This document shows, in pieces, positions 25,889 to 39,400 of a DNA stretch of 64,000 bases. The notes below the pieces were generated by a model, which did no database searches, had not been told where the DNA came from, and worked only from the letters and a program-made list of their open reading frames with translations. The stretch covers positions 1 through 64,000 of the forward strand of contig NIVC01002822.1 of the NCBI GenBank assembly GCA_002269645.1, given 5' to 3'. Positions within the stretch are counted from its first letter, which is position 1. Every line of letters starts with the position of its first letter. The stretch comes from Macrostomum lignano (lineage: Eukaryota). The position numbers and the translations under genes are program-made.

Positions 25889-27024
25889 CACCATTTTACC
25901 TCATATTTTGAACAAAGTCTTGTTCAAAAGAAACAAGCAGAACTTCAATTCAAACACTTTAAGAAATATCAGCCCTTGCGGAAGTTCAATTCAAACAAAG
26001 TCCCTTTCTATTGAAACAGAACTTCAATTCAGACTGTCTGTGGCCAAAATTGTCCCCGAGTGACGCGCATGCGCAGAATTGAAATTCAAAATAAACAAAG
26101 TCACCTTCTATTTCGACAGAGATTTTTGCAGATAGGTACAAGTACATTTTAGTACATTAATCTAACTTTTTGTTTTTCCTGTACTGCATACTGTACAATC
26201 GTTGCGCAATAAGAAACGATATGAATGCTGAAGATCAGATTGAAGAAAACGATGAATTGCTGGAAGAAGATGGAATCGATGAATTTGAAGCAGAATTCGA
26301 TAAAGATATCATGGAAAAGCAGCCTCGGCAGTGCGCTATTGTTTAAGCAACAGTGACAGAGACCGTATCATCAGGGCTGCTGATTGTTGGGATGACTTGT
26401 GGAACTGGCGCGCCAACTTGGAGTCAAGAGGTCAACAGCGAACACGACTGTGAGGTCAGGGAGAGCGGAAAAGCAGCCTACGAGATTCCGGACACCATTC
26501 AGGTCAAGCGGCTTCCATCATACAGTCCATTTTTGAGTCCTGTGGAGAACTCAATCTCCTGTTGGAAAGACACTCTGAAGAGAAAACTGGCAGCAGACCA
26601 GCAAAATTTCATCACTCCGATAGCTGAGCAGCACGGGAATCAGTCAATGGCGGCCTATCGGCGAGACATTCTGTACAACATGGTGGACAGAACCATTGGC
26701 TGCATCTCTGTGGACAAATGCATTGAGTGGTTTAACCGTGTGTTTACATACGTACCTCGCTGCGTTGGTGGACAGGCAATTGATGGTCAGTTGGCCAACT
26801 GACACCGTCTTGTTCCTGTTTTTTCATTTTACTCTTATGTTCGTCGATATGCTGTGTTTGTTGTGACTTTGTTTCTTTTGAAATTCAAATCTGCGCATGC
26901 GCGTCACTCGGGACAATTTTGGCCACAGACAGTCTGAATTGGAGTTCTTCTGTAAGTGTTAGAATTGAAGTTCTGCTTGTTTCTTTTGAACAAGACTTTG
27001 TTCAAAATAAGAGGTAAAATGGTG
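25889..27024 (+). mobile_element. Internally deleted IS630-Tc1-mariner DNA transposon
   Basis: Long imperfect TIRs (CACCATTTTACCTC..., ~25889-26104 and ~26863-27024), TA on both sides (25887-88, 27025-26), and the residual transposase motif LPSYSPFLSPVENSISCWK (DDE_3-type YSPxLNPIE). Confidence 0.9.
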
Positions 27025-27057
27025 TACAACGAACGCAGGTAAACTCATTCAAGCAGA

Positions 27058-27451
27058 TTACCACTCCCCAGCTGCACCAACCCCACTAATCCCAAGCTGC
27101 ACCAACCCCACCACTCCCCAGCTGCAACAACCCCACTACTCCCCAGCTGCACCAACCCCACCACTCCCCAGCTGCACCAACCCCACCACTCCCCAGCTGC
27201 AACAACCCCACTACTCCCCAGCTGCACCAACCCCACCACTCCCCAGCTGCACCAACCCCACTACTCCCCAGCTGCACCAACCCCACTACTCCCCAGCTGC
27301 ACCAACCCCACTACTCCCCAGCTGCAACAACCCCACCACTCCCCAGCTGCACCAACCCCACTACTCCCCAGCTGCACCAACCCCACTACTCCCAAGCTGC
27401 ACCAACCCGACCACTCCCCAGCTGCACCAACCCCACCACTCCCCAGCTGCA
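27058..27451. repeat. ~25-bp C-rich tandem array
   Basis: (gctgcaccaaccccaccactcccca)n. Confidence 0.95.
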
Positions 27452-27904
27452 TGAATTATTTATAGCACAAACTCTCATAACCAATGGCCCATAAATTTGG
27501 CAAAACCGTTCTGTGATTTGATCTGCAGATATTTTTGTTAAAGCACTGCATCAAGCAGGACTTCTTTACAGACTACAAAATCGTTTAAAGAGCGTGTAAA
27601 CTCAACTATGCAAGCCATCGGTTCGTGTTAGGTTTGTGGCTTTGCCTTAACAGTGCTAACGAAAACGAATGCAAAATATTTATTTAAAATTTCTCAATGC
27701 ATAATATATTCTACAGGCAAAGAGCTACCTTGAAAACACTCGTACTTTGTTAAACATCATAATTTTAGTGTTGTTGAGGCTAGCAGCAAACTTTATTGGT
27801 GGACAGCAAGTAAAAAGTCAAAAATGCTTTGGAAACAAACCTATCTATGCTCAGTGACTGAGCGGCACCTCATCTACAGAACTCGGTGACACCTCACACG
27901 GTTA

Positions 27905-28050
27905 CCCGATTCACGCGCATCACACTGACCTCATTCACGCGCATCACACTGACCTCATTCACGCGCATCACACTAACCTCATTCACGCGCATCACACTGA
28001 CCCCATTCACGCGCATCTCACTGATTTCATTCACGCGCATCAGACTGGCT
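27905..28050. repeat. 24-bp tandem repeat overlapping the ECSIT stop codon
   Basis: (attcacgcgcatcacactgacctc)n; the terminal unit contains the last codons and TGA. Confidence 0.9.
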
Positions 28051-31000
28051 GCTATCCCCACCCTGTCCGGATGCCGCAGCATCCGATCCATCAGCTGCAT
28101 CGCCGTCTCCGTCACTTGGCCGCAGCCGCAGCACCACGGCGGCCCGCTGCAGCGCCTCGTTGCCGGGCTCGGCGGCCAGCAGGCGGACCCAGCGGAGCAG
28201 CAGGTCGGCGCCGCCTGAGCTGCTGGCGATGGCCAAGGACAGCACGGTGCAGTCGGGCAGCTCGTGCTCGCTGGGCGCCCTCGCCAACTCGCCATCCGGC
28301 TGATCCTCATCGCCGCGGTCGCCATCGCCATCGTCGTCGTCTGCGCAGCGAAGTCGCCGCCACCAGGTGAAATCCTCTTCCATCAGGCGAGGTCGAAGTT
28401 TCTGCGGAGTTTCAGCAGCAGCGGCCGCCGTCGCTTCTTTGCGGGCAGCGCTGCATTAGAGAAGGAAGATTTGGTGCGCTTTTAATTTATTTTCGATATA
28501 TATCGGCAAGGGATATCCCAGCTAACTGCATTGGTAAATTGCAGGATTTAAAAAAAACATTTCGATACATATCGGCAGAGGGTATCAGAGCTAATTTCAT
28601 TAGTAAATGGCAGGATTTAAACAAACATTTCGACACATATCGGTAGAGAGTATCTGAGCTAACTGCATTAGTAAATTGTTTTGATTTAAACAAACATTTC
28701 GATACATATCGGCGGATGATATCTGAGCTAACTGAATTTGTAAGTTGCAGGATTTAAACAAACATTTCGATACATATCGGCAGAGGGTATCTGAGCTAGC
28801 TGCATTAGTAAATTGCAGGATATAAACTAACATTTCGATACACCTTAATAAGGTAGTTAATAAATAAGAACTCACATCTCCCTGGCCAGCGGGGTGGGAT
28901 CAGCTGACAGAGCATAGTAGCTGAGCCGGTGCTCCCCGAACCAGACCCAGTTGGGCCCGTCCAAATACACGTGCGCCCCGGCAGCCATGTCGGTCAGCAG
29001 CTGTTGCTGGGCGGGCGCCTGAGCACTGGCCACAAACAGGTCGCTGCCGGGCGGGCCGTCCATGCTGTAAGTGGTTACCCGGGTCTCCGGGTCCGGACAC
29101 ATGCGGCGCAGCGCTCTGACCGCCAGGTCCCTGTTGGAGTTCCGGTTCACCGGTTTCGTTTAGATTGATCAGGTGCGGTTTTACGGGATCTATCTGGACC
29201 TTGTTTTGGATTCGCAAACGGCTGCGGGAATCCTGGTAGAAAGCCTTCGGCGACTGTCCCACAGCCAGAGCCGAAGGCAATTCTACCCAGTCCGCTGACC
29301 CGTGAGCACATGCAACTGCACCAATACTGTACGCAGGCGCACACTCTCACACACGCTCACAGGGTGCACAGCCGCCCTGGATTTCTAATCGCCAGGCATG
29401 TACACTCTTTGTCCAGGCATGACCAGAGGTCCATGGCGCAAGAGTCAGACGCGTTTACAACTGAGCTGCCCTGCCCTCTATTCATGATGATATGATTAAA
29501 GTTGCGTATTAATAAGTTTTTTTTCGACCTCAGCGGTCAGAGTCATTCCTGTCTATGGCTTTTTCCATAACTTTCTTTTTCTATATGCAACATGGCGTTG
29601 CGACGCGGGAGATGGAGCTTCACACCATCTTCCACTTCAAGAAGTGCAAGCCTTGCAGCGGAAGGGGAAGTCTAAGACTGATATTCGACCTAGAGACGCA
29701 GCGCCATCTGACCTCCATCATCTCGAGCTTGGCCGACACAAATTTGTGCTCAATAGCACACAAAAGAAACGACTGCAACTCTGCAAACTGCGGACTGCCC
29801 TCAGGGTCGAGACTACTAAAAAATTGTTGACAATCTGCATGGCCTGACAGAAAAGATAAAAAATGACTCGGATATTAAAAGAATGTCGCGTTGAAAGAAA
29901 CTTTCGAGATGCCGCGGTCACTGCCAAGAGTACCAGCTACGCGAGAGTCATCCAAGAAGAAGTGTGCAATCATGACTGGAGAGCAACAGGTCTAATCTCT
30001 AAGAAGTCCACGAATCTCCAAGACCGCGAAGGCGAATCAGCTACAAAGCGATTCACAATGCTCAATCCTGAGAATCGTCCAGACGGCATTTGGAGAACGT
30101 GCAGATTTTACAAAGCGATTCACAATGCTCAATCCTGAGAATCGTCCAGACGGCATTTGGAGAACGTGCAGATTTTACAAAGCGATTCACAATGCTCAAT
30201 CCTGAGAATCGTCCAGACGGCATTTGGAGAGCGTGCAGATTTTACAAAGCGATTCACAATGCTCAATCCTGAGAATCGTCCAGACGGCATTTGGAGAACG
30301 TGCAGATTTTACAAAGCGATTCACAATGCTCAATCCTGAGAATCGTCCAGACGGCATTTGGAGAACGTGCAGATTTTACAAAGCGATTCACAATGAACAA
30401 TCCTGAGAATCGTCCAGACGGCATTTGGAGAACGTGCAGATTTTACAAAGCGATTCACAATGCTCAATCCTGAGAATCGTCCAGACGGCATTTGGAGAAC
30501 GTGCAGATTTTACAAAGCGATTCACAATGAACAATCCTGAGAATCGTCCGTAAGGCATTTGGAGAGCGTGCAAATTTTACAAAGCGATTCACAATGCTCA
30601 ATCCTGAGAATCGTCCAGACGGCATTTGGAGAACGTGCAGATTTTACAAAGCGATTCACAATGCTCAATCCTGAGAATCGTCCGTAAGGCATTTGGAGAG
30701 CGTGCAGATTTTACAAAGCGATTCACAATGAACAATCCTGAGAATCGTCCAGACGGCATTTGGAGAACGTGCAGATTTTACAAAGCGATTCACAATGAAC
30801 AATCCTGAGAATCGTCCGTAAGGCATTTGGAGAGCGTGCAGATTTTACAAAGCGATTCACAATGAACAATCCTGAGAATCGTCCAGACGGCATTTGGAGA
30901 ACGTGCAGATTTTACAAAGCGATTCACAATGAACAATTCTGAGAATCGATCGTCCAGAAGGCATTTGGAGAACCTGCAGATTTTACAAAGCGATTCACAA

Positions 31001-34000
31001 TGCTCAATCCTGAGAATCGATCGTCCAGAAGGCATTTGGAGAACGTGCAGATTTTACAAAGCGATTCACAATGAACAATCCTGAGAATCGTCCAGAAGGC
31101 ATTTGGAGAACGAACAGATTTTGTGGACGTCAACTATCGACCCAGATGTGAGCACAGTCTCGCTAGTAACTCAGAATCAACTTAAAACGGTTGGCATCCA
31201 AGCAATAAGCCAGTTTGTTTAGCTGCGCTTTGTAAATGCAATATTCGAAAAAGTCCTAAGCGAAACCTGACGAATCGATTGGGAAGTGATTGCAGTGAAA
31301 AGCAAAGTATTTGCGATGCGAAACACAAAACAATCTAAATAAAGAAGCAATGCGCAAGCAAGAACGCAACGTAACGCATTGTCTCGTTCCATAGGCAATA
31401 ACCAGTATTCAGAATCTATGTAGGACGACAGCACAGTATTTTCTAGTCTCGAATCGTGCTAATACAATAATAGTACTGAAGTAACGCTTTGCCAGTAGGG
31501 GGACAAAATCTTTAAAACTAATATTTGAGTACATTATTTATTGCATAATGTACTTCCGCTCTAAGCCTGTGCAGCGTTGGAGTATAGGTTGTGTTATGCG
31601 TACACTTTGGACTATTTTTAGAATTGTGCCATCTGCACTGGCGTACGTGACACATACATCCGTGACTCACACATCCATGACTCATTCCTCTGTGACTCAT
31701 ACATCCGAGACTCATTCCTCCGTGACTCATACATCCGAGACTCATTCCTCCGTGACTCATACATCCGTGACTCATTCCTTCGTGACTCATTCATTCCTGA
31801 CTCATGCATCCGTGACTCATTCATCTAAAACCTTTATGAATGCTAACTATCGACCCAGATGTGAGCACAGTCTCGCTAGTAACTCAGAATCAACTTAAAA
31901 CGGTTGGCATCCAAGCAATAAGCCAGTTTGTTTAGCTGCGCTTTGTAAATGCAATATTCGAAAAAGTCCTAAGCGAAACCTGACGAATCGATTGGGAAGT
32001 GATTGCAGTGAAAAGCAAAGTATTTGCGATGCGAAACACAAAACAATCTAAATAAAGAAGCAATGCGCAAGCAAGAACGCAACGTAACGCATTGTCTCGT
32101 TCCATAGGCAATAACCAGTATTCAGAATCTATGTAGGACGACAGCACAGTATTTTCTAGTCTCGAATCGTGCTAATACAATAATAGTACTGAAGTAACGC
32201 TTTGCCAGTAGGGGGACAAAATCTTTAAAACTAATATTTGAGTACATTATTTATTGCATAATGTACTTCCGCTCTAAGCCTGTGCAGCGTTGGAGTATAG
32301 GTTGTGTTATGCGTACACTTTGGACTATTTTTAGAATTGTGCCATCTGCACTGGCGTACGTGACACATACATCCGTGACTCACACATCCATGACTCATTC
32401 CTCTGTGACTCATACATCCGAGACTCATTCCTCCGTGACTCATACATCCGAGACTCATTCCTCCGTGACTCATACATCCGTGACTCATTCCTTCGTGACT
32501 CATTCATTCCTGACTCATGCATCCGTGACTCATTCATCTAAAACCTTTATGAATGCTAAATATTTAAGCACTGGTGTTCACCATTAGTCGATGTTAGTAC
32601 TTTGCCGGATAAAATAATATATTCACAGCCAGCCAACCTGAAGCTCTCGGGCGCGGGCAGATACTGCAGGCCGGAGCTGGTGAGCCTCACAGCCGGCCAC
32701 GGGTCAGCGTGCCGCAGCTTGGGCATCCAGTACATCATGCGCTGGAACTTGGTCATCACGTAGGACTCGGTGCCGAATATCCGACTGATCTGCAGGCCCA
32801 TGTCCGTGTCCGGCATCACTCCGTGCTCGTTCATCGTGTCCAGCAGAGCGATGGCCGTGTCCTGCTGTCTGGGGTAGTGCCTGAACTCGCTCTGCCACAT
32901 CGTGCGCACCCGCATCACCTCCTTGGGGAACACGTCCAGCAGGGCCTTGTAGCTCTGAGGGGCGGGGGAAGCTGCTGCTATGAAGGCCTGGTTGGTACTC
33001 AGTGCCCTGATGGCTTATGTAACTGCAGTATGCCCGCCCTACTCAAACAGACCCTGCTGAACCCCACTCTGCTCAACCCCACCCTACCCAACCGAACCCC
33101 ACCCTACCCAACCAAACCCCACCCTACCCAACCAAACCCCACCCTACCCAACCAAACCCCACCCTACCCAACCAAACCCCACCCTACCCTACCCTACCAA
33201 GCCCCACCCTACCCAACCAAACCCAACCAAACCCCACCCTACCCAACCAAACCCAACCCTACCCAACCAAACCCACCCTACACAACCAAACCCCACCCTA
33301 CCCAACCAAACCCAACCCTACCCAACCAAACCCTACCCAACCAAACCCTACCCTACCAAACCCCACCCTACCCAACCAAACCCTACCCTACCCAACCAAA
33401 CCCTACCCAACCAAACCCTACACAACCAAACCCCACCCTACCCAACCAAACCCAACCCTACCCAACCAAACCCTACCCAACTAAACCCTACCCTACCAAA
33501 CCCCACCCTACCCAACCAAACCCAACCCTACCCAACCAAACCCTACCCAACCAAACCCTACCCAACCAAACCCCACCCTACCCAACCAAACCCCACCCTA
33601 CCCAACCAAACCCAACCCTACCCAACAAAACATAACCCTACCCAACCAAACCCAACCCTACCCAACCAAACCCAACCCTACCCAACCAAACCAAACCCAA
33701 CCCTACCCAACCAAACCCAACCCTACCCAACCAAACCCAACCCTACCCAACCAAACCCAACCCTACCCAACCAAACCCTACCCAACCAAACCCTACCCAA
33801 CCAAACCCCACCCTACCCAACGAAACCCCACCCTACCCAACCAAACCCCACCCTACCAACGAAACCCCACCCTACCCAACGAAACCCCACCCTACCCAAC
33901 CAAACCCCACCCTACCCAACGAAACCCCACCCTACCCAACGAAACCCCACCCTACCCAACGAACCCCACCTGCAGATCCTTGTGCACGCCCAGCTCCTGC

Positions 34001-34446
34001 AGGCGGCTCCGCATGGCCTCGATGAACTCAACGTGGCCCCGCCTGGTGCGGCCGTACCGCTGCATGTACAGGAAGATGGAGTCGTGGAATTCCTGCCGGC
34101 GCCGCTCTCTATCAGCCAAGACCTCCGGGCTGAAGGCCGCCTCCGGCTGCCGCAGTCTGGCCGGCGCCGGGGCGGCCACGGCGGCCTGTCTGGTGAGGTC
34201 CTCCAGCCGGCGCCGCCGCTCCAGCTGGCGCCGCTCCTCCACTTTGCGCTCCCGGTCGGTGGCGCGAACGGAGATGATGCTCTGGAGGAAGGGCCGGCGG
34301 CAGCTGGTGGACACCGGGCAGGCCTGGAGCAGCTGGCGAGGCTGCAGGACGGCGGCGGAGGCGGCCAGCGCCACGGATGGCGAAGGCGGTGGAGGGCGGC
34401 TTCGCTTAAAAAGCAGCTGCGAGCGGAGAGTTACGAGATGTGACAA
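28027..34446 (-). CDS. ECSIT: ECSIT (mitochondrial complex I assembly / Toll pathway adaptor); exons ~34420-33970, 32954-32638, 29130-28876, 28450-28027; start exon unresolved
   Basis: Motifs RRGHVEFI...GVHKDL, YKALLDVFPK...HYPRQQ...GVMPD...RMMYWMPK, SAQAP.QQ.LL...YLDGP.WVW and HELPDCTVLS...LLRWVRLL match ECSIT. GT-AG junctions with phases 0, 2, 2 join all exons in frame. Confidence 0.92.
28490..28850. repeat. 69-bp tandem repeat (~5 units) in an ECSIT intron
   Basis: aaacatttcgatacatatcggc recurs every ~69 bp. Confidence 0.9.
30045..31125. repeat. 67-bp tandem array (~16 units) in an ECSIT intron
   Basis: (caatcctgagaatcgtccagacggcatttggagaacgtgcagattttacaaagcgattcacaatgct)n. Confidence 0.97.
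31132..32557. repeat. 713-bp tandem duplication (two apparently identical copies)
   Basis: aactatcgacccagatg at 31132 and 31845; identical ORFs offset by 713 in the ORF track. Confidence 0.95.
33055..33968. repeat. C-rich (G-rich on gene sense strand) 15-20-bp minisatellite filling an ECSIT intron
   Basis: (ccaaaccccaccctacccaa)-type units running up to the splice donor. Confidence 0.95.
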
Positions 34447-34519
34447 TCAGCAGCCCAGTAATAAATCTGCGCTGCAAACCTAAAGTGGGCAGCTAAAATA
34501 AATCTAATAGAAACTGTCC

Positions 34520-35420
34520 AAACCTAAGAATGGACAGACCTAAACCTGAGAATGGACGGACCTAAACATAGGAATGGACAGACCTAAACCTAAGAATGGA
34601 CAAACCTAAACCTAAGAATGGAAGACCTAAACCTAAGAATGGACAAACCTAAACCTAAGAATGGACAGCCTTAAACCTAAGAATGGACAAACCTAAACCT
34701 AAGAATGGACAGACCTAAACCTGAGAATGGACAGACCTAAACCTAAGAATGGACAGACCTAAACCTGAGAATGGACAGACCTAAACCTAAGAATGGACAG
34801 ACCTAAACCTGAGAATGGACAGACCTAAACCTAAGAATGGACAGACCTAAACCTAAGAATGGACAGACCTAAACCTAAGAATGGACAGATCTAAACCTAA
34901 GAATGGACAGACAAACCCCCGAATGGACAGACCTAAACCTAAGAATGGACAGACCTAAACCTAAGAATGGACAGATCTAAACCTAAGAATGGACAGACCT
35001 AAACCTGAGAATGGACAGACCTAAACATAGAAATGGACAGATCTAAACCTAAGAATGGACAGACCTAAACCTGAGAATGGACGGACCTAAACATAGGAAT
35101 GGACAGACCTAAACCTGAGAATGGACAGACCTAAACCTGAGAATGGACGGACCTAAACATAGGAATGGACAGACCTAAACCTAAGAATGGACAGACCTAA
35201 ACATAGAAATGGACAGATCTAAACCTAAGAATGGACAGACCTAAACCTGAGAATGGACGGACCTAAACATAGGAATGGACAGACCTAAACCTGAGAATGG
35301 ACAGACCTAAACCTGAGAATGGACAGACCTAAAACTGAGAATGGACAGACCTAAACCTGAGAATGGACAGACCTAAACCTGAGAATGGACAGACCTAAAC
35401 CTGAGAATGGACAGACGTAA
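34520..35420. repeat. 22-bp tandem array
   Basis: (acctaaacctaagaatggacag)n. Confidence 0.97.
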
Positions 35421-36049
35421 ACCGTCTAAAAAGACATTTTTACGGATACTTTCATACATATATTTTTATTTCAAATCTCAAAGCAGGAGGGGGGGGGGCA
35501 GAAACAACAGACTAATAAAACTTGCAACAAAAATAATTTCAATCTGAAAATAATAAATATACGCGTGTTAGCTACTGATAGTACCGGCAGCACTGAAACA
35601 GAATCAAACAAACTCTCTTTAGAATAAACAAATGGGTGCACAGTTGGTGGCAGATGCAGCAAATATTTTATCATGCACAGAATCACAATGGTTTGGCAGC
35701 TCAGGAATATCACATTGCTCTGCAGTGTCGATAATTTATATTATTGCCCATTCTTTATACAGAAAATTCAATTATAATAAATATGCGCACGCTATATTAC
35801 TGACTAAATAAGCATATATAAGTAGAACAAGACAAATTTTCGGCAAAACCTTTTTTCCAGAAAAGCAAACAAGAAAAAAACAAAAAACTCAATGCAAATT
35901 TAACAGCTGGAATTTTATTATTAATGATGATGGGCACAGCAGCACCAAATGAGATAAAGATGATGCTTTATGCTACTTATTTAGTAGCTTAATAGCATTT
36001 TTAGCGTGCTTTTAATTATTACTCTTTTTATGTCGTCAAATGAGGATTA

Positions 36050-36295
36050 TGAAATTTTGGGGATTGTGAATTTGTGGGGATTATGAATTTAGTGGGATTA
36101 TGAATTCGGTGGGATTATGAATTTGTGGGGATCTTGACTTTATAGGATTATGAATTTTTAGAAATTATGAATTTGGGGGATTATGAATTTGAGGGGATTA
36201 TGAATTGGGGAATTATGAATTCAATGGTATGAATTTGTGAGGATTATGCATTGGGGATTATGAATTCTGAGGGATTATGAATTTAGGGGATTATA
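36050..36295. repeat. Degenerate ~16-bp repeat downstream of the FICD stop
   Basis: (ggattatgaattt...)n. Confidence 0.85.
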
Positions 36296-36402
36296 ATGTT
36301 TGAAGTTTATATGATCCGGGATTGAGGACTACAATGTGAAATGATGTGATTGGCCCCAGATTAAAAAATCAATTTCAACACTTGTAGCCGCCAGCGCAGG
36401 CG

Positions 36403-39400
36403 TCACAGGTTGATGACCCTCGGCTTGCAGTCTTCTGACTGCTTGGCAAGCGACAGCGAGGCGCCGGACTCCGCCGCCTCAAAGTCGGACACCCGCTGCG
36501 CGGTGAGCAGGAACTCATCGATGGTGGCCTCCGTGCAGTGCCCGATGAAGCGGATGAAAGGCCGGACGTCGCCTTCGTTGGCCTCCTTAATGAGCTGGTA
36601 GTAGATGGCCCGCTCCTCCACCCGGACAATGGCCGGTGGGTAGCCGGAGCGCATGAGGATCAGGTTCATCAGCAGCCTGGGGGGGGGGGGGTTGGGGTTC
36701 GAGTTTCACACCGAAGAGAAAAAAATGACACTAAAATTCAAAATCTTTCAGTAAAATCCTGAATATGGCACCATAGAATCCTGATGAAAATGGCACCCAA
36801 AACTCTGAAAATGGCACCCAAAACTCTGAAAATGGCACCCAAAACTCTGAAAATGCACCCAAAACTCTGGAAATGGCACACAACATGGCTCCCAGAATCC
36901 TGAAAATGGCACCAAAGAATCCGGAAAATATCACCAAGGAATCATGAAAATATCACCAAGGAATCCTGAAAATGGCACCAAAGAATCCCGGAAATGGCAC
37001 CAAAGAATCCTGGAAATGGCACCAAAGAACCCTGAAAATGGCACCAAGGAATCCTGAAAATGTCACCAAAGAATCCTGAAAATGGCACCCCAAAATCCTG
37101 AAAATGGCACCAAAGAACCCTGAAAATGGCACCAAAGAATCCCGGAAATGGCACCAAAGAATCCTGAAAATGGCACCAAAAAACCCTAAAAATGGCACCC
37201 CAAAATCCTGAAAATGGCACCAAGGAATCCTAAAAATATCACCAAGGAATCCTGAAAATGGCACCAAGGAGTCCTGAAAATGGCACCAAGGAATCCTGAA
37301 AATGGCACTAAGAAATCCTGAAAATGGCACCAAGAAATCCTGAAAATGGCACCAAGAAATCCTGAAAATGACACCAAGGAATCCTGAAAATGGCACCCCA
37401 AAATCCTGAAAATGGCACCAAAGAACCCTGAAAATGGCACCAAAGAATCCCGGAAATGGCACCAAAGAATCCTGAAAATGGCACCAAAAAACCCTAAAAA
37501 TGGCACCCCAAAATCCTGAAAATGACACCAAAGAACCCTGAAAATGGCACCAAGGAATCCTGAAAATGACACCAAGGAATCCTGAAAATGGCACCCCAAA
37601 ATCCTGAAAATGGCACCAAGGAATCCTGAAAATATCACCAAGGAATCCTGAAAATGGCACCAAGGAGTCCTGAAAATGGCACCAAGGAATCCTGAAAATG
37701 ACACCAAGGAATCCTGAAAATGGCACCAAGGAGTCCTGAAAATGGCACCAAGAAATCCTGAAAATGGCACCAAGAAATCCTGAAAATGACACTAGGGAGT
37801 CCTGAAAATGGCACCAAAGAATCCTGAAAATGACACCAAGGAATCCTGAAAATGGCACCAAGGAGTCCTGAAAATAGCACCAAGAAATCCTGAAAATGAC
37901 ACCAAGGAATCCTGAAAATGACACCAAGGAATCCTGAAAATGGCACCAAGGAGTCCTGAAAATGGCACCAAGGAATCCTGAAAATATCACCAAGGAATCC
38001 TGAAAATGGCACCAAGGAGTCCTGAAAATGGCACCAAGGAATCCTGAAAATGGCACTAAGAAATCCTGAAAATGGCACCAAGAAATCCTGAAAATGGCAC
38101 CAAGAAATCCTGAAAATGACACCAAGGAATCCTGAAAATGGCACCCCAAAATCCTGAAAATGGCACCAAAGAACCCTGAAAATGGCACCAAAGAATCCCG
38201 GAAATGGCACCAAAGAATCCTGAAAATGGCACCAAAGAACCCTAAAAATGGCACCCCAAAATCCTAAAAATGACACCAAAGAACCCTGAAAATGGCACCA
38301 AGGAATCCTGAAAATGACACCAAGGAATCCTGAAAATGGCACCCCAAAATCCTGAAAATGGCACCAAGGAATCCTGAAAATATCACCAAGGAATCCTGAA
38401 AATGGCACCAAGGAGTCCTGAAAATGGCACCAAGGAATCCTGAAAATGACACCAAGGAATCCTGAAAATGGCACCAAGGAGTCCTGAAAATGGCACCAAG
38501 AAATCCTGAAAATGGCACCAAGAAATCCTGAAAATGACACCAGGGAGTCCTGAAAATGGCACCAAGGAATCCTGAAAATGACACCAAGGAATCCTGAAAA
38601 TGGCACCAAGGAGTCCTGAAAATGGCACCAAGAAATCCTGAAAATGACACCAAGGAATCCTGAAAATGACACCAAGGAATCCTGAAAATGGCACCAAGGA
38701 GTCCTGAAAATGGCACCAAGGAATCCTGAAAATGACACCAAGGAATCCTGAAAATGGCACCAAGGAGTCCTGAAAATGGCACCAAGGAATCCTGAAAATG
38801 GCACCAAGGAATCCTGAAAATGGCACCCCAAAATCCTGAAAATGGCACCAAGAAATCCTGAAAATGGCAACAAAGAATCCTGAAAATGGCACTAAGAAAT
38901 CCTGAAAATGGCACCAAGGAATCCTGAAAATGGCACCAAGAAATCCTGAAAATGGCACCAAGAAATCCTGAAAATGGCACCCGGAATTCATAAAACGACA
39001 CCAAAGACTAAAAAGGCCCTGAAATGCTAAAATGGTACCGAAATAAAAAAAATCACCAAACTCCGGATGCCATTTAGAAAGCTGTTCACATTAAAATATC
39101 CGCGCATCCCCGTCACAGACCTGGCGGTGCGGCCGTTGCCATCGTAGAATGGGTGAATGTACACCAGCTTCCAGTGCGCCAGGGCGGCCACCTCCACCGG
39201 GTGCAGCTCGGCGGTGTCCTCAGAGTTCAGCCAGTTGAGGAAGTCCGCCATCAGGCTGGGCACAAGGTTGGCGGGCGGGGGTTCGAAGTCCGCGATGAAC
39301 ACCTGGGCGGGAGGGGGTGGTTTGAAACTGGGACTGATTGGTTTGCAACTGGGACTGATTGGTTTGCAACTGGGACTGATTGGTTTGCAACTGGGACTGA

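Noticed and set aside
29560-30040. Possible Tc1 transposase N-terminal relic
   Set aside because: Only a weak resemblance (ALQRKGKSKTDI); no catalytic motif or TIR found by eye.
32709-33635. Pro-rich extensin-like ORF
   Set aside because: Antisense to an ECSIT exon plus the intronic C-rich minisatellite.
33055-33968. Interstitial telomere
   Set aside because: Units are 15-20 bp and not a TTAGGG-type hexamer.
36942-39004. Long Phe/Gly-rich ORFs
   Set aside because: Translation of the ~21-bp intronic array within FICD.
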